This document shows, piece after piece, positions 47,386 to 59,892 of a DNA stretch of 64,000 nt. This DNA comes from Eledone cirrhosa (Eukaryota), in assembly GCA_964016885.1 (NCBI GenBank), contig OZ024740.1, forward strand, positions 216,380,001-216,444,000, given 5' to 3'. Below the pieces are notes generated by a model, which saw only the letters and a list, made by a program, of their open reading frames with translations, was not told the DNA's origin and made no database searches. Made by a program: the position numbers and the translations under genes. Position 1 is the stretch's first letter. Each line of letters starts with the position of its first letter.

Positions 47386-47924
47386 CTTTTAGGCACAAGT
47401 CCAGCAATCTGAGGGAAGGGAAAGTTGATTAAATCAACCCCAGTGCCTTAAGATGAAAGGCAAAGCTAACCTAAGCGAGATTTTAACTCAGAATGTAGAG
47501 GGCCGTAACTATAAGCAGTGAAGCATGTTGTAATAATAATGATTTCTACTATAGGCACAAGGCCAGTAATTAGAAGGGGGCGGGATTCAGTTAAATCGAC
47601 CCCAGTGCATTACTGGTGCTTTATTTCATCCACTCCATAAAGATGAACTACAAAGCTAACCTCTGTGGGATTTGACCTCAGAACAGATATGTCAATACAA
47701 AGCATTAAAGAGGTGTGAAGGGATGTTGTGGACATTTACTTAGTTTTCAATTTAGCGATTCCCTGCCTGATTATATTATAATATTAATGAAGGACAATTG
47801 AGGAAGAAATGATATCTTATTTAAGAAACTGAGACTTGTAGAAATATTTCTTCTTTGTAATTGAACATTTGAAATTTTGTAGTTACAGTATAAACATCAG
47901 GACGTAGTTCGTGACACATTCCAC

Positions 47925-48050
47925 ATTAGGACACTGTCCCAATGTAGAATGTCTACATTGGGACACAGTCTGCATTAGGTCACAGTCTGCATTAGGACAC
48001 AGTCTACATTAGGACAGTCTATATTAGGACATAATTCACATTAAAACTCA
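47925..48050. repeat. about 17 bp tandem repeat ATTAGGACACAGTCTGC
   Basis: About 6 imperfect copies. Confidence 0.75.
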
Positions 48051-48768
48051 GTTTACATTCACGGTTCACACTAGGTTACCAGTCACATTAGACCATACAT
48101 CATCTAACAGTTTAATTAATAATGTCAGATGCAATAATTACTGAAAGAATCAGTGTAATTTCATTTCTGCTATAATCATTTACTTATTATTTGCTGTAGA
48201 CAAAAATACTGAGCATATCACCAATAATGGTGACTATAATAGATTAGCTTTGGTGGTGGTGGCAGTAGTAGTAGTAATAGATGTAGTAGTATAGCTTTAC
48301 CTTTCGAGGTGGTAGTGTTAATATTTGCAGGTATATTAGTTTTGGTTTCCAAATATAATGATAGTGAAAGTAATAAGGGGAGTGGTGATATATATTGATG
48401 GTATTGCTCAGTGAGGGTAGATTAATATATACCAGGGAAATAAATGAACACCAAATAGCAATGCCAGAGAATTATATATATATGATAAATGGAGAGAGAA
48501 TAACCAAGTTATATTTAAAATATGATTATAATTCTACGTATGTTTCAATGTATAACGGCAGGGCCATACTACGATATATGTCTGCCACTCTCCTTATATT
48601 AGTTTTTGAGCTCTGCAGCCCATGGCCTAAGTCTACAGCAGAATCTACAATGGCTGAGTTTAGCCTTTGTTTAAATTATCAAGGAAACTGGTTAGGATAC
48701 AGCTTCTCTCAACTTCACCACAATGTATATTGGTAAACCCCAATATAACCATATATATATATATATAT

Positions 48769-49228
48769 ATATTTATTAAAATAACAGATTAAAGTTTAAG
48801 CAAAGAATCGCTGCTTTCACCCTTAACGGGATCTTCTGAAACTAACAAAGTCAATCTGTGAACGCAGAAGTGAATATTTCAAAAAACGTTGCAACCGGAG
48901 GAAGACAGGAAGACAATACTTTGGTTCGTGGAAACGTTCCCTGGCTTCGTTTTTTCCCGTTCTTTGCCAGGGAACGTTTCCACAAACCAAAGTATCGTCT
49001 TCCTGTCTTCCTCCGGTTGCAACGTTTTTTGAAATATTCACTTCTGCGTTCACAGATTAACTTTGTTAGTTTCAGAAGATCCCATTAAGGGTGAAAGCAG
49101 CGATTCTTTGCTTAAACTTTAATCTGTTATTTTAATAAATATTTGCTCTACGGTTCTTATATATTTGATATATATTTATCCTTATCGAGCCCTCTTTGGA
49201 TTTTAGTCTTCAAATTTATTATTATTAC
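48769..49228 (+). mobile_element. fold-back element in (TA)n (177-bp arms, 20-nt loop, about 86-bp tail), variant hammerhead in each arm
   Basis: Arms 48769-48945 / 48966-49142; same family at 50181-50410 and 53437-53686. Confidence 0.88.
49068..49118 (+). ncRNA. hammerhead-like motif with CAGAAGA core (mirror copy at 48793-48843, minus strand)
   Basis: AGUUU-CAGAAGA-U-CCC(AUUAA)GGG-U-GAAA-GCAG(CGAUUCU)UUGC-UU-AAACU, AATAAA at 49134. Confidence 0.7.
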
Positions 49229-49285
49229 TATATATATATAATAGAAAAGACGAGGAAGTTTCGTTTACATATGAAAAATATTTGT

Positions 49286-49388
49286 GTATCGACCTGTTAC
49301 GCGCGTTTTGCAGAGGTTTGGCTCAAGGTGACCCATAGGAGTTATGGACCTGACTCTAGTATCAATCTGCTCCTCAGACTGGTGATAC
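49286..49388 (-). ncRNA. decayed hammerhead motif (GAAA to AAAA) in a TA-flanked insertion at 49240-49430
   Basis: GUAUC-ACCAGU-CUGAGGA-GCAGA..61 nt total..UCUGC-AAAA-CGCGCG-UA-ACAGGU-C-GAUAC. Confidence 0.7.
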
Positions 49389-49449
49389 GACAAAAGATAT
49401 ATTTTTGTTGTGGTATGTGGACCAAGAATGTATATGTATATATATATAT

Positions 49450-49813
<364 letters not shown>

Positions 49814-50124
49814 TGGAGGCACATGGCTTAGTTGTTAGAGTATTGGCCTTGCAATCGAAAGGTTATGAGTTCAATTCTCAGACCGGGTGATGTGTTGTTT
49901 CCTTGAGCAAGAGACTTTATTTCATATTGCTCCAGTTTACTCAGCTGTAGAAATGAGACCACTGCAAAGTGGTCGTGGAGGTGCCACGGCAAAAAAGCAC
50001 CCAGCACTCACTGTAAATGAGGTTGGTGTTAGGAAGGGCATCCAGCTGTAGAAATCAAGCCAGAATCAGTTCCCGTCCCACCCTTGCAAGCAGGGAAAAA
50101 GCGGACGTAAAATGAAATGATGAT
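49814..50124 (+). mobile_element. SINE family B with RTE-derived 3' tail
   Basis: tRNA-like head, CORE/Meta-like TCCTTGAGCAAGAGACTTTATTTC, tail matching 60985-61250. Confidence 0.88.
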
Positions 50125-50180
50125 ATATATATATAGGCATTTTTTTGTGTGCGTATGTGTGTACTATCTACACTATATAT

Positions 50181-50407
50181 ATTAAAATAACAGATTAAAA
50201 TTTAAGCAAAGAATCGCTGCTTTCACCCTTAGTAAGATCTTCTGAAACTGAGTTTCAGAAGATCCCGTTAAGGGTGAAAGCAGCGATTCTTTGCTTAAAC
50301 TTTAATCTGTTATTTTAATAAATATTTTCTCTATGGTTTTATATATTTTGGTATATATTATCCTTATCGAGCCCTCTTCGGATTTTAGTCTTCACATTTA
50401 TTATTAT

Positions 50408-50410
<3 letters not shown>
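50181..50410 (+). mobile_element. short fold-back copy of the 48769 family (69-bp arms, 1-nt loop at 50250)
   Basis: Arms 50181-50249 / 50251-50319; hammerhead-like motif 50251-50301; same tail. Confidence 0.88.
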
Positions 50411-50462
<52 letters not shown>

Positions 50463-50811
50463 TTAGTTAAGCAAAACAAGACCACAAATTTCACAAGGAA
50501 GACATTATTAAAAGATTGTCAACATATTTTAGTTTGATGTAAGGAATGTAGAGAATAATAATAATAATATTAATAATAATAATGTCCGTTTACAATTGTT
50601 TCGCTACTCCATATAATATTTCTGGATCAGATGACTATATATCATTATTGATCTGCCTATGGCAGATCTCACACAATGCAGCCTCGACAGATGAATACTG
50701 CTTGATTATGGCTGACAACTGATGCAACCAAGACACCATAGTGAAATACCAATATATGGAACATTACATTATGTAACATTCTCTCATTATTTTAATTTAT
50801 ATTCCTTTGAA

Positions 50812-50930
50812 GTTCCGATGAGCCGCTCTGTTTTTAATTATGTTAATTATTTTCAACTGAACCAGATCAATAATGATATATAGTCATCTGATCCAGAGAT
50901 ATTATATGGAGTAGCGAAACAATTGTAAAC
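50812..50930 (+). ncRNA. hammerhead motif with CCGAUGA core and 94-nt stem II
   Basis: GUU-CCGAUGA-GCCGCUC...GAGUAGC-GAAA-CAAUUG-UA-AAC. Confidence 0.65.
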
Positions 50931-50953
50931 GGACATTATTATTATTAATATTA

Positions 50954-51143
50954 AAAGTGGGCGGTGGATTGGCAGTATAGGTAGAGTGTTGGAGGCCATG
51001 CTTTCCAGCATAGTTACGTCCCTTTACGATTTGAGTTCAAATCCCGCTGAGGTTGACTTTGCCTTTCATCCTTACGGGGTCGATAAAATAAAGTACCAGT
51101 GATGTACTGGGTAATTGCTGGCCTTGTGCCTAAAGTAGAAACA
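50954..51143 (+). mobile_element. SINE family A with about 16-bp TSD
   Basis: ATTATTATTAATATTA at 50938-50953 and 51144-51159; empty site preserved in the left hairpin arm. Confidence 0.92.
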
Positions 51144-51676
51144 ATTATTATTAATATTATTATTATTATTCTCTACATTCCTTACATCAAACTAAAATAT
51201 GTTGACAATCTTTTAATAATGTCTTCCTTGTGAAATTTGTGTTCTTGTTTTGCTTAACTAATGAATAATTCCAGCTCTGCGCGCCTAACTTCTGCATGAA
51301 CCCAGCCACCTAGCTGATTTCTACTGCATATTGCACATTGAGCACATGCCTTTACGCTTTGGCTTCTAACTAATTCACCAATCTCTCCTCTCCTATCTCC
51401 ATCTCTCTCTTTAAGATTGGTTACTCTTGAACTGTGTATATATATATATATATGTATTTATCATTGGAACATGAATGTGTGTGTATAAATGTCATTGTAG
51501 AAGGAATGTGAAATATATTTGTGTATATATATATCACTGTAGGCACAAGGTGAATTACATGTGTGTGTTGTGGGAAGATATCCAACATGATGAGGCATGG
51601 CACAACTTGTTTGTGATCCATTAAAGTAACTTCTAAGTGAGTTACTTTATTTTACATTGTCACAGTTGTTGGAGGT

Positions 51677-51677
<1 letters not shown>

Positions 51678-51707
<30 letters not shown>

Positions 51708-51957
51708 ACGTTTAACGTCCGTGTTCCACGCTTGCATGGGTTTGGACGGGGGTAGTCCCACTTGAGGCAAGAGTGATTGTCTTGCTCGCATAGGACTGTC
51801 TGGCAGGTTTTCTACAGTTGGATGCCCTTCCTAACACCAACCACATTTACAGTGTGGGTCTGGGAGGTTTTTACCGTGTTGCCTACACGGCCACATTACA
51901 GCGTGGACTGTGTGTTTTTTTGTCGTGACACCTACACGATCTCATTTGTTTCGGCCT
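51678..51957 (-). mobile_element. young RTE 3'UTR fragment
   Basis: Appears identical to 30977-31225 over about 250 bp. Confidence 0.9.
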
Positions 51958-52769
51958 GGATAGTTGAGATCATCTCTGAATAAGGGACCTTATCATTTGA
52001 GAATATAGAGCTGATTATCTGCTCTGAGTTCAAATCCTACCAAAATCATCTTTGTCTTATATCCTTTTGGTGTTGATAATATAACAGTCCAGGAGTGCTG
52101 GATTGGTGGAAGTGTTAGAACAATTACCACAACATGATGCCTTGTGGTATTTGTTCTTGCCCTTTGCATTCTCAGTTCAAATCCTGTTATGGCTTATATG
52201 AGTAGTCACCTATACTAACCCCATCATCAGACTTTTGGATGCTTCTAGTTGACTCCACTCTGTTCCAAGCATTCAGACTAAGTCTGTTGGTTTGAGGATA
52301 TCTTTATCCCTCCAACCTGTCTTGGAGGCCCTGGAAATAATTATAGACATTGATTTATACTGTTTTGAAAAATAAAAACAGAATTACAGGAAAAATGTGA
52401 ATATGGAACACCAAATTTAACAACTATTCAGAAACTATGTAACAAAAGCCCCCCATTTCTTGGTCAGATGCCAAAAGCTATATAAGTTAACCTCTGACCA
52501 TTTCCCTTTAAAACTTGTAAATATTCTAATGGTGTATTATCATCTTTATTCTGCCATCAAAGCTAAATCTTTTACTTCCTGAATGAACTGAAAAATGTAC
52601 CTAGACAATTGACAAAAAATCTATGAAGATCAAAATACTGAGGATACAAAATTGGAAGAGACTGATATGTTCTTTACTAGAGTTCAACATGTTTCTATTA
52701 ATTATGTCAGGTCTTATACTTCAGATTAATTTTCCTACATTTTAACACTTGTCCTATTATTGTGTCTAT

Positions 52770-53250
52770 CATCTAAATAACAATGAAAGTATCTAAATAG
52801 CAATGAAATTATAGAAATAGTAATGAAAGTGTCTAAATAACAATGAAGTCATCTAAAAAACAATGAAGTCATCTAAAAAACAATGAAGTCATCTAAATAA
52901 CAATGAAGTCATCTAAATAACAATGAAGTCATCTAAATAACAATGAAGTCATCTAAATAACAATGAATTAATCTAAATAACAATGAAGTCATCTAAATAA
53001 CAATGAAAGCGTCTAAATAACAATGAAGTCATCTAAATAACAATGAAGTCATCTAAATAACAATGAAGTCATCTAAATAACAATGAAGTCATCTAAATAA
53101 CAATGAATTAATCTAAATAACAATGAAGTCATCTAAATAACAATGAAAGCGTCTAAATAACAATGAAGTCATCTAAATAACAATGAAAGCGCCTAAATAA
53201 CAATTAAAGCATCTAAATAAGAATGAAAGCGTCTAAATAACAATTAAAAG
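52770..53250. repeat. 20 bp minisatellite, about 24 copies
   Basis: Unit ATCTAAATAACAATGAAGTC. Confidence 0.97.
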
Positions 53251-53408
53251 ATTCTAGATTTAGAAGTCCCTCTGGATATTTAACGTTATAAAGCTTCAAT
53301 GAAGGAAGTCTTGCTCAATATATAAATTTTACTTTGAATTAACCAATGAATCCTTGCAGTACTCTGTACTCTTCATACTTGATCTCATCAGATATGTTTT
53401 ATGGTTAA

Positions 53409-54015
53409 CTAGCAGAATAGCCCGGCGTTGCTCGGGATTTGCTCTAGGGTTCTTATATATTTGATATATATTTATCCTTATCGAGCCTCGTGAAATAAAT
53501 ACGTTTGTTTATATTTTGTTATTGTGTATGCAAAAATATCTGTACACAAATATATAATCATATATATATATATTAAAATAACAGATTAAAGTTTAAGCAA
53601 AGAATCGCTGCTTTCACCCTTAACGGGGTCTTCTGAAACTAAAAAATCAATCTGTGAACGCAGAACTAAATATTTCGAAAAACGTTACACACTATATATA
53701 TACACACACTATATATACATATATACACACACACACACACCACGTCATAATGTCGTAATGTCGACAGACAGATATTATAAGGGTGCAACGTTATATCTAT
53801 GTATCTATCTAAAAAGAAAGACTAAGAATTATAGAGAGAGATCGCTAAATCGCCTAATGCGGTCCCTAGGGCATTGAACATTTGAAATTTGTTTTGCTCA
53901 AAACACTCACAGGATCATAAGTATTACATGTGTAAAGTTTGAAAACAATCAGTTGGGTGGTTCTTGAGTTTTAGGGACTCAGACAGACAGACATTCTCTG
54001 TTTTAGATATATAGA
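53409..54015 (-). mobile_element. non-autonomous Helitron containing fragments of the hammerhead fold-back family
   Basis: 5' TC at 54015, hairpin CCCGGCGTTGCTCGGG at 53421-53436, 3' CTAG at 53409-53412, A^T target. Confidence 0.85.
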
Positions 54016-54059
54016 TTAACATAGTTTTTCTCTGTTTTTTTTTTTTTAAGTTTAAAGTC

Positions 54060-54580
54060 TTGTCTCAAGCCTGGAGGCTCATCAGGCTGGTGCTTATCAT
54101 GGTTTCTGTGGCATTAAGCAACTAAGAGTACAAGACCCCATCCCCTGTACAGGATGCTAGTCCATCACAGGATTAAACTCCCAGCTATTGCGGGTACTCA
54201 TTTTCAGCTGAGTACACTGGAGCAATATGAAGTGTTTTGCTCAAGCACGCACCAAAGAATCCAGTCTAAGAATCTAACCCATGACATAATCATCCAACAT
54301 ATTTACTGCTAGACCATGGGCCTTTTCTTTTCTCTGTGCCAAATGTAAAACTCCTCTGAATTTGACATCTTCTCCAAGTATTTTATTAAAATATATGTTT
54401 TAATCCAATCATTGCTCTTTATGGTCTGAGTTCAAATCCCGCCTAGGTTAGTTTTAGCTTTTATCCTTATGGGGTCGATAAAATAAAGTACCAGTAATGC
54501 ACTGGTGTTGATTTAATCGACTTTCCCATTCATTCAAATTGTTGGCCTTGTGTCTAAATCAGAAACCATTATCATTATTA
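54060..54580. mobile_element. degenerate SINE B (minus, 54060-54320) and SINE A (plus, 54412-54580)
   Basis: Similarity to 545-790 and 6-200. Confidence 0.7.
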
Positions 54581-55185
54581 GCAGTATTAGTAGCTGTAGT
54601 AGAATTAGTAGCAGTAGTAGTATTAGTAGCTGTCATAAAAGACTTGTGATATATTTCTAGCAATATAATGTCCAATTAGTCTCTCTATGCCATCCTTAAT
54701 TATCCGTTTACTTGAGCTCTTTCAGACCATTTATTATTAGCTTTAAGTTGAATAGCATCAGAGGTGATATCGTTATGAAACAATTCAATGTCTTAGGAAG
54801 GAAGTGATAAATAGCAGGGCTTTGTTGCATTGTTGAGTGATGAGTTCCACAATTGAGTATGGAGTAGTGAGTAGAAGTCTTTTTTTCTTATATATGTTTA
54901 ATTTACATCAGTTGTCATAGAATTCATATTTTTGTAGGAACAAAGTGACTCTATACTAATGCCCTCAGTCAACCACATTGCCAATGAAATCAGGGAGTAG
55001 AATTTACTCTTTAGTCTTGACAAGGTCCAATCTAGTGCTGGTTCTATGATTAAATGTACCAAATAGTTGGTGTTAGGAAAAACATTTAGTTATAAAAACC
55101 ATGCTAAAAATTAGAATGTATGAGCAAGATATGATTTGCAAATATATATAGGAGGAGAGTATCTCTGAATTAAAACTGATACCTA

Positions 55186-55531
55186 TGAAGGCACATGGCT
55201 TAGTGGTTAGAGCATTGGCTTTGCAATCAGAAGGTTGTGAGTTCAATTCTCAGACTGGGTGATGCGTTGTTTCCTTGAGCAAAACACTTTATTTCACATT
55301 GCTCCAGTTTACTCAGCTGTAGAAATGAGATGATAGGGACTGGGGTCCCTATCACTCCACTGCAAAGTGGTCGTGGAGGTGCCACGGCAAAAAAGCACCC
55401 AGCACTCACTGTAAATGAGGTTGGTGTTAGGAAGGGCATCCAGCTGTAGAAATCAAGCCAGAATCAGTTCCGGTCCCACCCTTCCAAGCAGGGAAAAAGC
55501 GGACGTAAAATGATGAAATGATGATGATGAT
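55186..55531 (+). mobile_element. SINE family B with RTE-derived tail
   Basis: Near-identical to 58806-59151. Confidence 0.9.
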
Positions 55532-55663
55532 CCTTCGTAATTTGTGGATGTAAAATGATGATGTGGCTAATAGTGTTCTTTTAATCAACTGCAAATCCCA
55601 GGAATTATTATATTTCACCTCTTTATTTCATCCTTATAAGGACACATTATTTAAAACTCATAA

Positions 55664-56355
55664 GGGCGGTGGATTGGCAGTATCGGTAGAGGGTCGGACG
55701 CCATGCTTTCCAGCATAGTTACGTCCCTTACGAGTTCAAATCCCGCCAAGGTTGACTTTGCCTTTCATCCTTACGGGGTCGATAAAATAAAGTACCAGTA
55801 ATGCACTGGATAATTGCTGGCCTTGTGCCTAAAGTAGAAACAATTATTTAAAACTCATATTTTTCTAATATTTTCAGTCTTGAATAATTGAAAAAAATAT
55901 TATTATTATTATTATGATGGATTGGCAGTATTAGTAGATCATCGGATAATGTTTGTTCCATACAGTTATGTCCCTTTATGTTCCAAGTCCAAATCCTGCT
56001 GAGGTTAGCTTTGTCTTTCATCCTTATGGATTGATAAAATAAAGTACCAATCACACACTGGAGTCGATATAATCAACTTTCCCCTCACCCAAATTGTTGC
56101 CTAAGTCAGAAACCATTATTTGAGAGCAGTGGATTGGTAGTATCGGTAGAACATTGGACAATATGCTTTGCTGCATAGAGTTACGGTCCTTTACGGTCTA
56201 AGTTCAAATCCCGCCGAGGTTAACTTTGCCTTTCATCCTTACGGGGTTGATAGAATAAAGCACCAGTAACATATTGGGATCGATTTAATTGACTTTCCCC
56301 TTCCCCCAAATTACTGGCCTTGTGTCGATACATGAAACAATTATTATTATTATTA
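55664..56355 (+). mobile_element. three consecutive SINE family A copies (55664-55849, 55915-56120, 56125-56355)
   Basis: Each has GGATTGG(C/T)AGTAT head, box B and Nin-like core. Confidence 0.85.
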
Positions 56356-56440
56356 ACAATTTGATATAAGAAACCATTATTATTAACAATTTCTTTATTA
56401 GCCATGCTTGGCTCACATTAAGAAAAATAATGATAAGCAC

Positions 56441-56663
56441 ATTGTTATATTTTGGGGAGGGTCATGTTGTCCTAATATTTTCCAAAAATAGTAAAACACT
56501 CACTGTTTGATTTGGTTTTCACTTCAGTTTCAGTACATTTTATTTATATTTCCATAAATAATTTAGCTGGCAATCAATGTTTATCATTGATTGACCAACA
56601 ATTAGTCTGTTTTACTATTTTTGGCAATATTAGGACAACATGACCCTCCACAAATATAACAAT
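56441..56663. mobile_element. inverted-repeat element (about 60-75 bp TIRs), unclassified MITE or fold-back
   Basis: ATTGTTATATTT..GGAGGGTCATGTTGTCCTAATATT..CCAAAAATAGTAAAACA is mirrored at 56608-56663. Confidence 0.75.
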
Positions 56664-57582
56664 ATCTGTTTCAACACACCTTGCTAAACAAATACATCAC
56701 TGCCACAATAACTACAGTTTCATGAAATAGAAACATATTCTTTAGATCTTCCCAGTCTTTGGCTTATGAAACATCATTGTAAATATAAAAGCTGCCTATT
56801 ATCTCACCAGAATTACTACTGATATAACTGTGCCAGGAAACCCCTTCATAGTTTGGTTTCTGGCTGCCATTGATACCATGGTGAACGATCATGAAATATT
56901 CTTGAATTGTCTACAAACCTTTTCTGTCAATTCTAATATTAGATATTGTTTTGTTAGCCAGCCACAGACTATATTTAATTAACTGGAGATATTCTCAGTC
57001 CTCTGCAGACATATATTGACCTTATTTAAGAAATATATCTCACGATCCCCTCAAGCAAAATGATAAAATTATAAAGAATCTTCCAGTATATAATTATATT
57101 ATGTGTTTATTTGTATAAGTTGAGTTCATTCTGATTGTGTGGCATCTTGAGTAAATGCCTCAGGTCAACCTAGGATTTGTGAATAAAATTGGGTTGACAG
57201 AAACTATGTGGAAGCCTGTTGGTTGTATTTGTATCTGTAATTCAAAGGTCCAGCCTTGTCACACACTGTGTCATATTGATTTGTCATCATCATCATCATC
57301 ATCATCATCAGCCTGTTTTCCATACTAGCAAGGGTTGGACATGTTGTCACAGACCATGCCAGTACTTTATCGGAACCCTTGACCTCTCAGACTGGCCTAA
57401 ACATTTTGTTGTGGAATACTCAGCCACTTATACATAAATTTAACAAGTTGAATATTCAGTTGCCGTCATTGAAACCAAAAGAGGATCCATCATATTCATG
57501 AGACTCAGTGACTATTAGTTATCTAGGTTGTTAATCATCTAATCATATGGATATATGTTCAAACCATTGATATTTGTATGTT

Positions 57583-57950
57583 CTTCTGGTTTTATAATTT
57601 TATAAATTTTTACCAATAGAGGGAGAGTTGGTTTCTAACCTAGATAGAAGACCTTCTCATTGGAATCAACTAGGTAGATATGTATGTATGTCTGCATGAT
57701 GTTATTGTATTTGTGGATGTGGATGTTTTGAGTTATATGTGTGCATGTGCATATGTTTTGTATCTGTACATGAGTACATGCAGTTATTAGATGCAGAACT
57801 TTTGGAATATTTTACATATTTTTAGTTGTAATTTCCTAACTAGTGGTATTCTTTCTGTTTCTGTGAAGCCCGGCTTCTCAGGATTTGTACCGAGGCAGTT
57901 ACTAACATATACCAGTGCCCCAATAATCACAGGTATAAATCTGAAGCCTC
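57583..57950 (-). mobile_element. R4/Dong-like (REL-endonuclease) LINE 3' fragment
   Basis: Minus-strand FRFIPVIIGALVYVSNCL...EKPGF...LVRKLQLKICKIF..* resembles the IPxxIGALG C-terminus of REL LINEs. Confidence 0.6.
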
Positions 57951-58221
57951 TCAGATGTATTTATGTGTGTGTGTGTGTGGATTAATTATAAACAGCTTTA
58001 TATTGAGTTTGTGAAATATATTATCTTAGTCTGTTAATTAGAGTGTAGAAATATGTTGGTTGTAATAAAATAGAAAAATTAATTAATTAGTAATTGAGAT
58101 AGCTTAACAAATTAACTGGACCCAGAAATAACTTAGATTCGATTAACATTGGCAACATAAATTCTATGTGCTTCCATTGTTTATTATACACATACTTGTC
58201 ATATATATATACACATATATA

Positions 58222-58412
58222 TAGGAAAATAGTCAGGACCTCGACGGCTGAGCTCCGGCCATTTCAACAGCTAGATCCGAACTAATCCAGCAGTATCGAG
58301 TACTCTGGTGCATTATGGTTCACCTGGTTTCTTACCATACTTGCTTTGTTATACATATATATATATAAGGAAAAGAAATCAAAAGTGCAACTGGAGTCTT
58401 TCTCATTTTTTT
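58222..58412 (+). mobile_element. collapsed relative of the 15352 element (58222-58352) plus a stub of the 24670 family (58366-58412)
   Basis: Shared AGTA(T/C)..GAGTACT.TGGTGC.TTATG.T.CACCTGGTT.CTTACCA tail; GAAATCAAAAGTGCAACTGGAGTCTT matches 24686-24710. Confidence 0.7.
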
Positions 58413-58437
58413 ATATATATATATATACACATACACA

Positions 58438-58510
<73 letters not shown>

Positions 58511-58805
58511 GTGGCAGATAGAGTGAAGAAGACAAGAAGAGCAGCATCCTTGATGAATGATATTTAGTGATTTCAGGGACAATTGCTTGGGTTAGTAACT
58601 AATAAATTGTCATATTTTGTAGAGTTGAAGAAAGCAACAAGGGATAAAAGGTTATTGATTTCATCTGAAATAGACTTTTGTCTTTCTAAACTATTGCTCT
58701 GGAATATTAACAGCTACACTATAATCATATACAACTGATAGGTATTTTGTAGAAACGCACTCTATCAGCACAACCATAATACAAGCATATATATATATAT
58801 ATAGA

Positions 58806-59151
58806 TGGAGGCACATGGCTTAGTGGTTAGAGCATTGGCCTTGCAATCGAAAGGTTGTGAGTTCAATTCTCAGACCGGGTGGTGTGTTGTTTCCTTGAGC
58901 AAGACACTTTATTTCACATTGCTCCAGTTTACTCAGCTGTAGAAATGAGATGATAGGGACTGGGGTCCCTATCATTCCACTGCAAAAATGGTCATGGAGG
59001 TGCCACGGCAAAAAAGCACCCAGCACTCACTGTAAATGAGGTTGGTGTTAGGAAGGGCATCCAGCTGTAGAAATCAAGCCAGAATCAGTTCCCGTCCCAC
59101 TCTTGCAAGCAGGGAAAAGCGGACGTAAAATGAAATGATAATGATGATGAT
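58806..59151 (+). mobile_element. SINE family B with RTE-derived tail
   Basis: As 55186-55531. Confidence 0.9.
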
Positions 59152-59598
59152 GTGTGTCCACACACACACACACATACACACACACACACACATATATACA
59201 CACATAATCACACATATATAGACACATAATCACGCATACATTCGTACACAGATTTTGCAGGATATAAGATTTATCACTGTACCAGATGCTCCCTAATTTT
59301 GAAGAAAAGTATTTGGGAAAAAGCTTATAAAAGTATTTGTGATTTTTATTTTGTGTGTAAGACGCAGGTAAATACTGTGTGTATGTATGTGTGTGTGTGT
59401 GTGTGAGAGAGAGTATTATAATTAACCTTGCTGATAGAGCATGGTTCAGAATAAATGCATATATTGCATATGAGTCCATCATCATCATCACCACATTAAA
59501 TGATGATGATGATGGACTCATATATGTTTATGTATAATATACTTAAAGTCTCAATGTGAGAATTTTATATATATACACACACATATTTATACATATAC

Positions 59599-59707
59599 AT
59601 GGTGGCTGCCAACTCGTTTTCGAGTACAGCCACTACTTTATATCCATGTAGGAGAACTACCGATGCACTGAACGAGTGTGACTTTTTAGTCCAGCCAGCG
59701 ACTTTAC
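59599..59707 (-). mobile_element. 3' end of zinc-finger RTE-like LINE
   Basis: [15 protein letters not shown] plus terminal CTCGAAAACGAG hairpin; homolog of 29385-29922. Confidence 0.72.
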
Positions 59708-59753
59708 ATATACATGCATACATACATATAGATTCATATATATATATACATAC

Positions 59754-59818
<65 letters not shown>

Positions 59819-59892
59819 CATACATACAGATATATACATACATAATTATATATATATATATATATATAAATATATACATATATATATATATT

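Larger units (their letters stand above)
50457..51437 (+). mobile_element. fold-back Penelope-like element (about 200-bp arms, about 207-nt spacer, about 170-bp tail); right arm interrupted by a SINE
   Basis: Arms 50457-50655 / 50863-51267 once the SINE is removed. Confidence 0.85.

Noticed and set aside
48395-48736. 113-aa ORF
   Set aside because: TTG start, no domain, no convincing splice signals
48823-49088. Pair of near-identical 76-aa ORFs on opposite strands
   Set aside because: Consequence of the DNA palindrome; GTG starts and no recognisable domain
59599-59892. N-terminal part of the 451-aa ORF
   Set aside because: Read-through of an antisense LINE stub and a TA tract; real RTE sequence starts at about 59893
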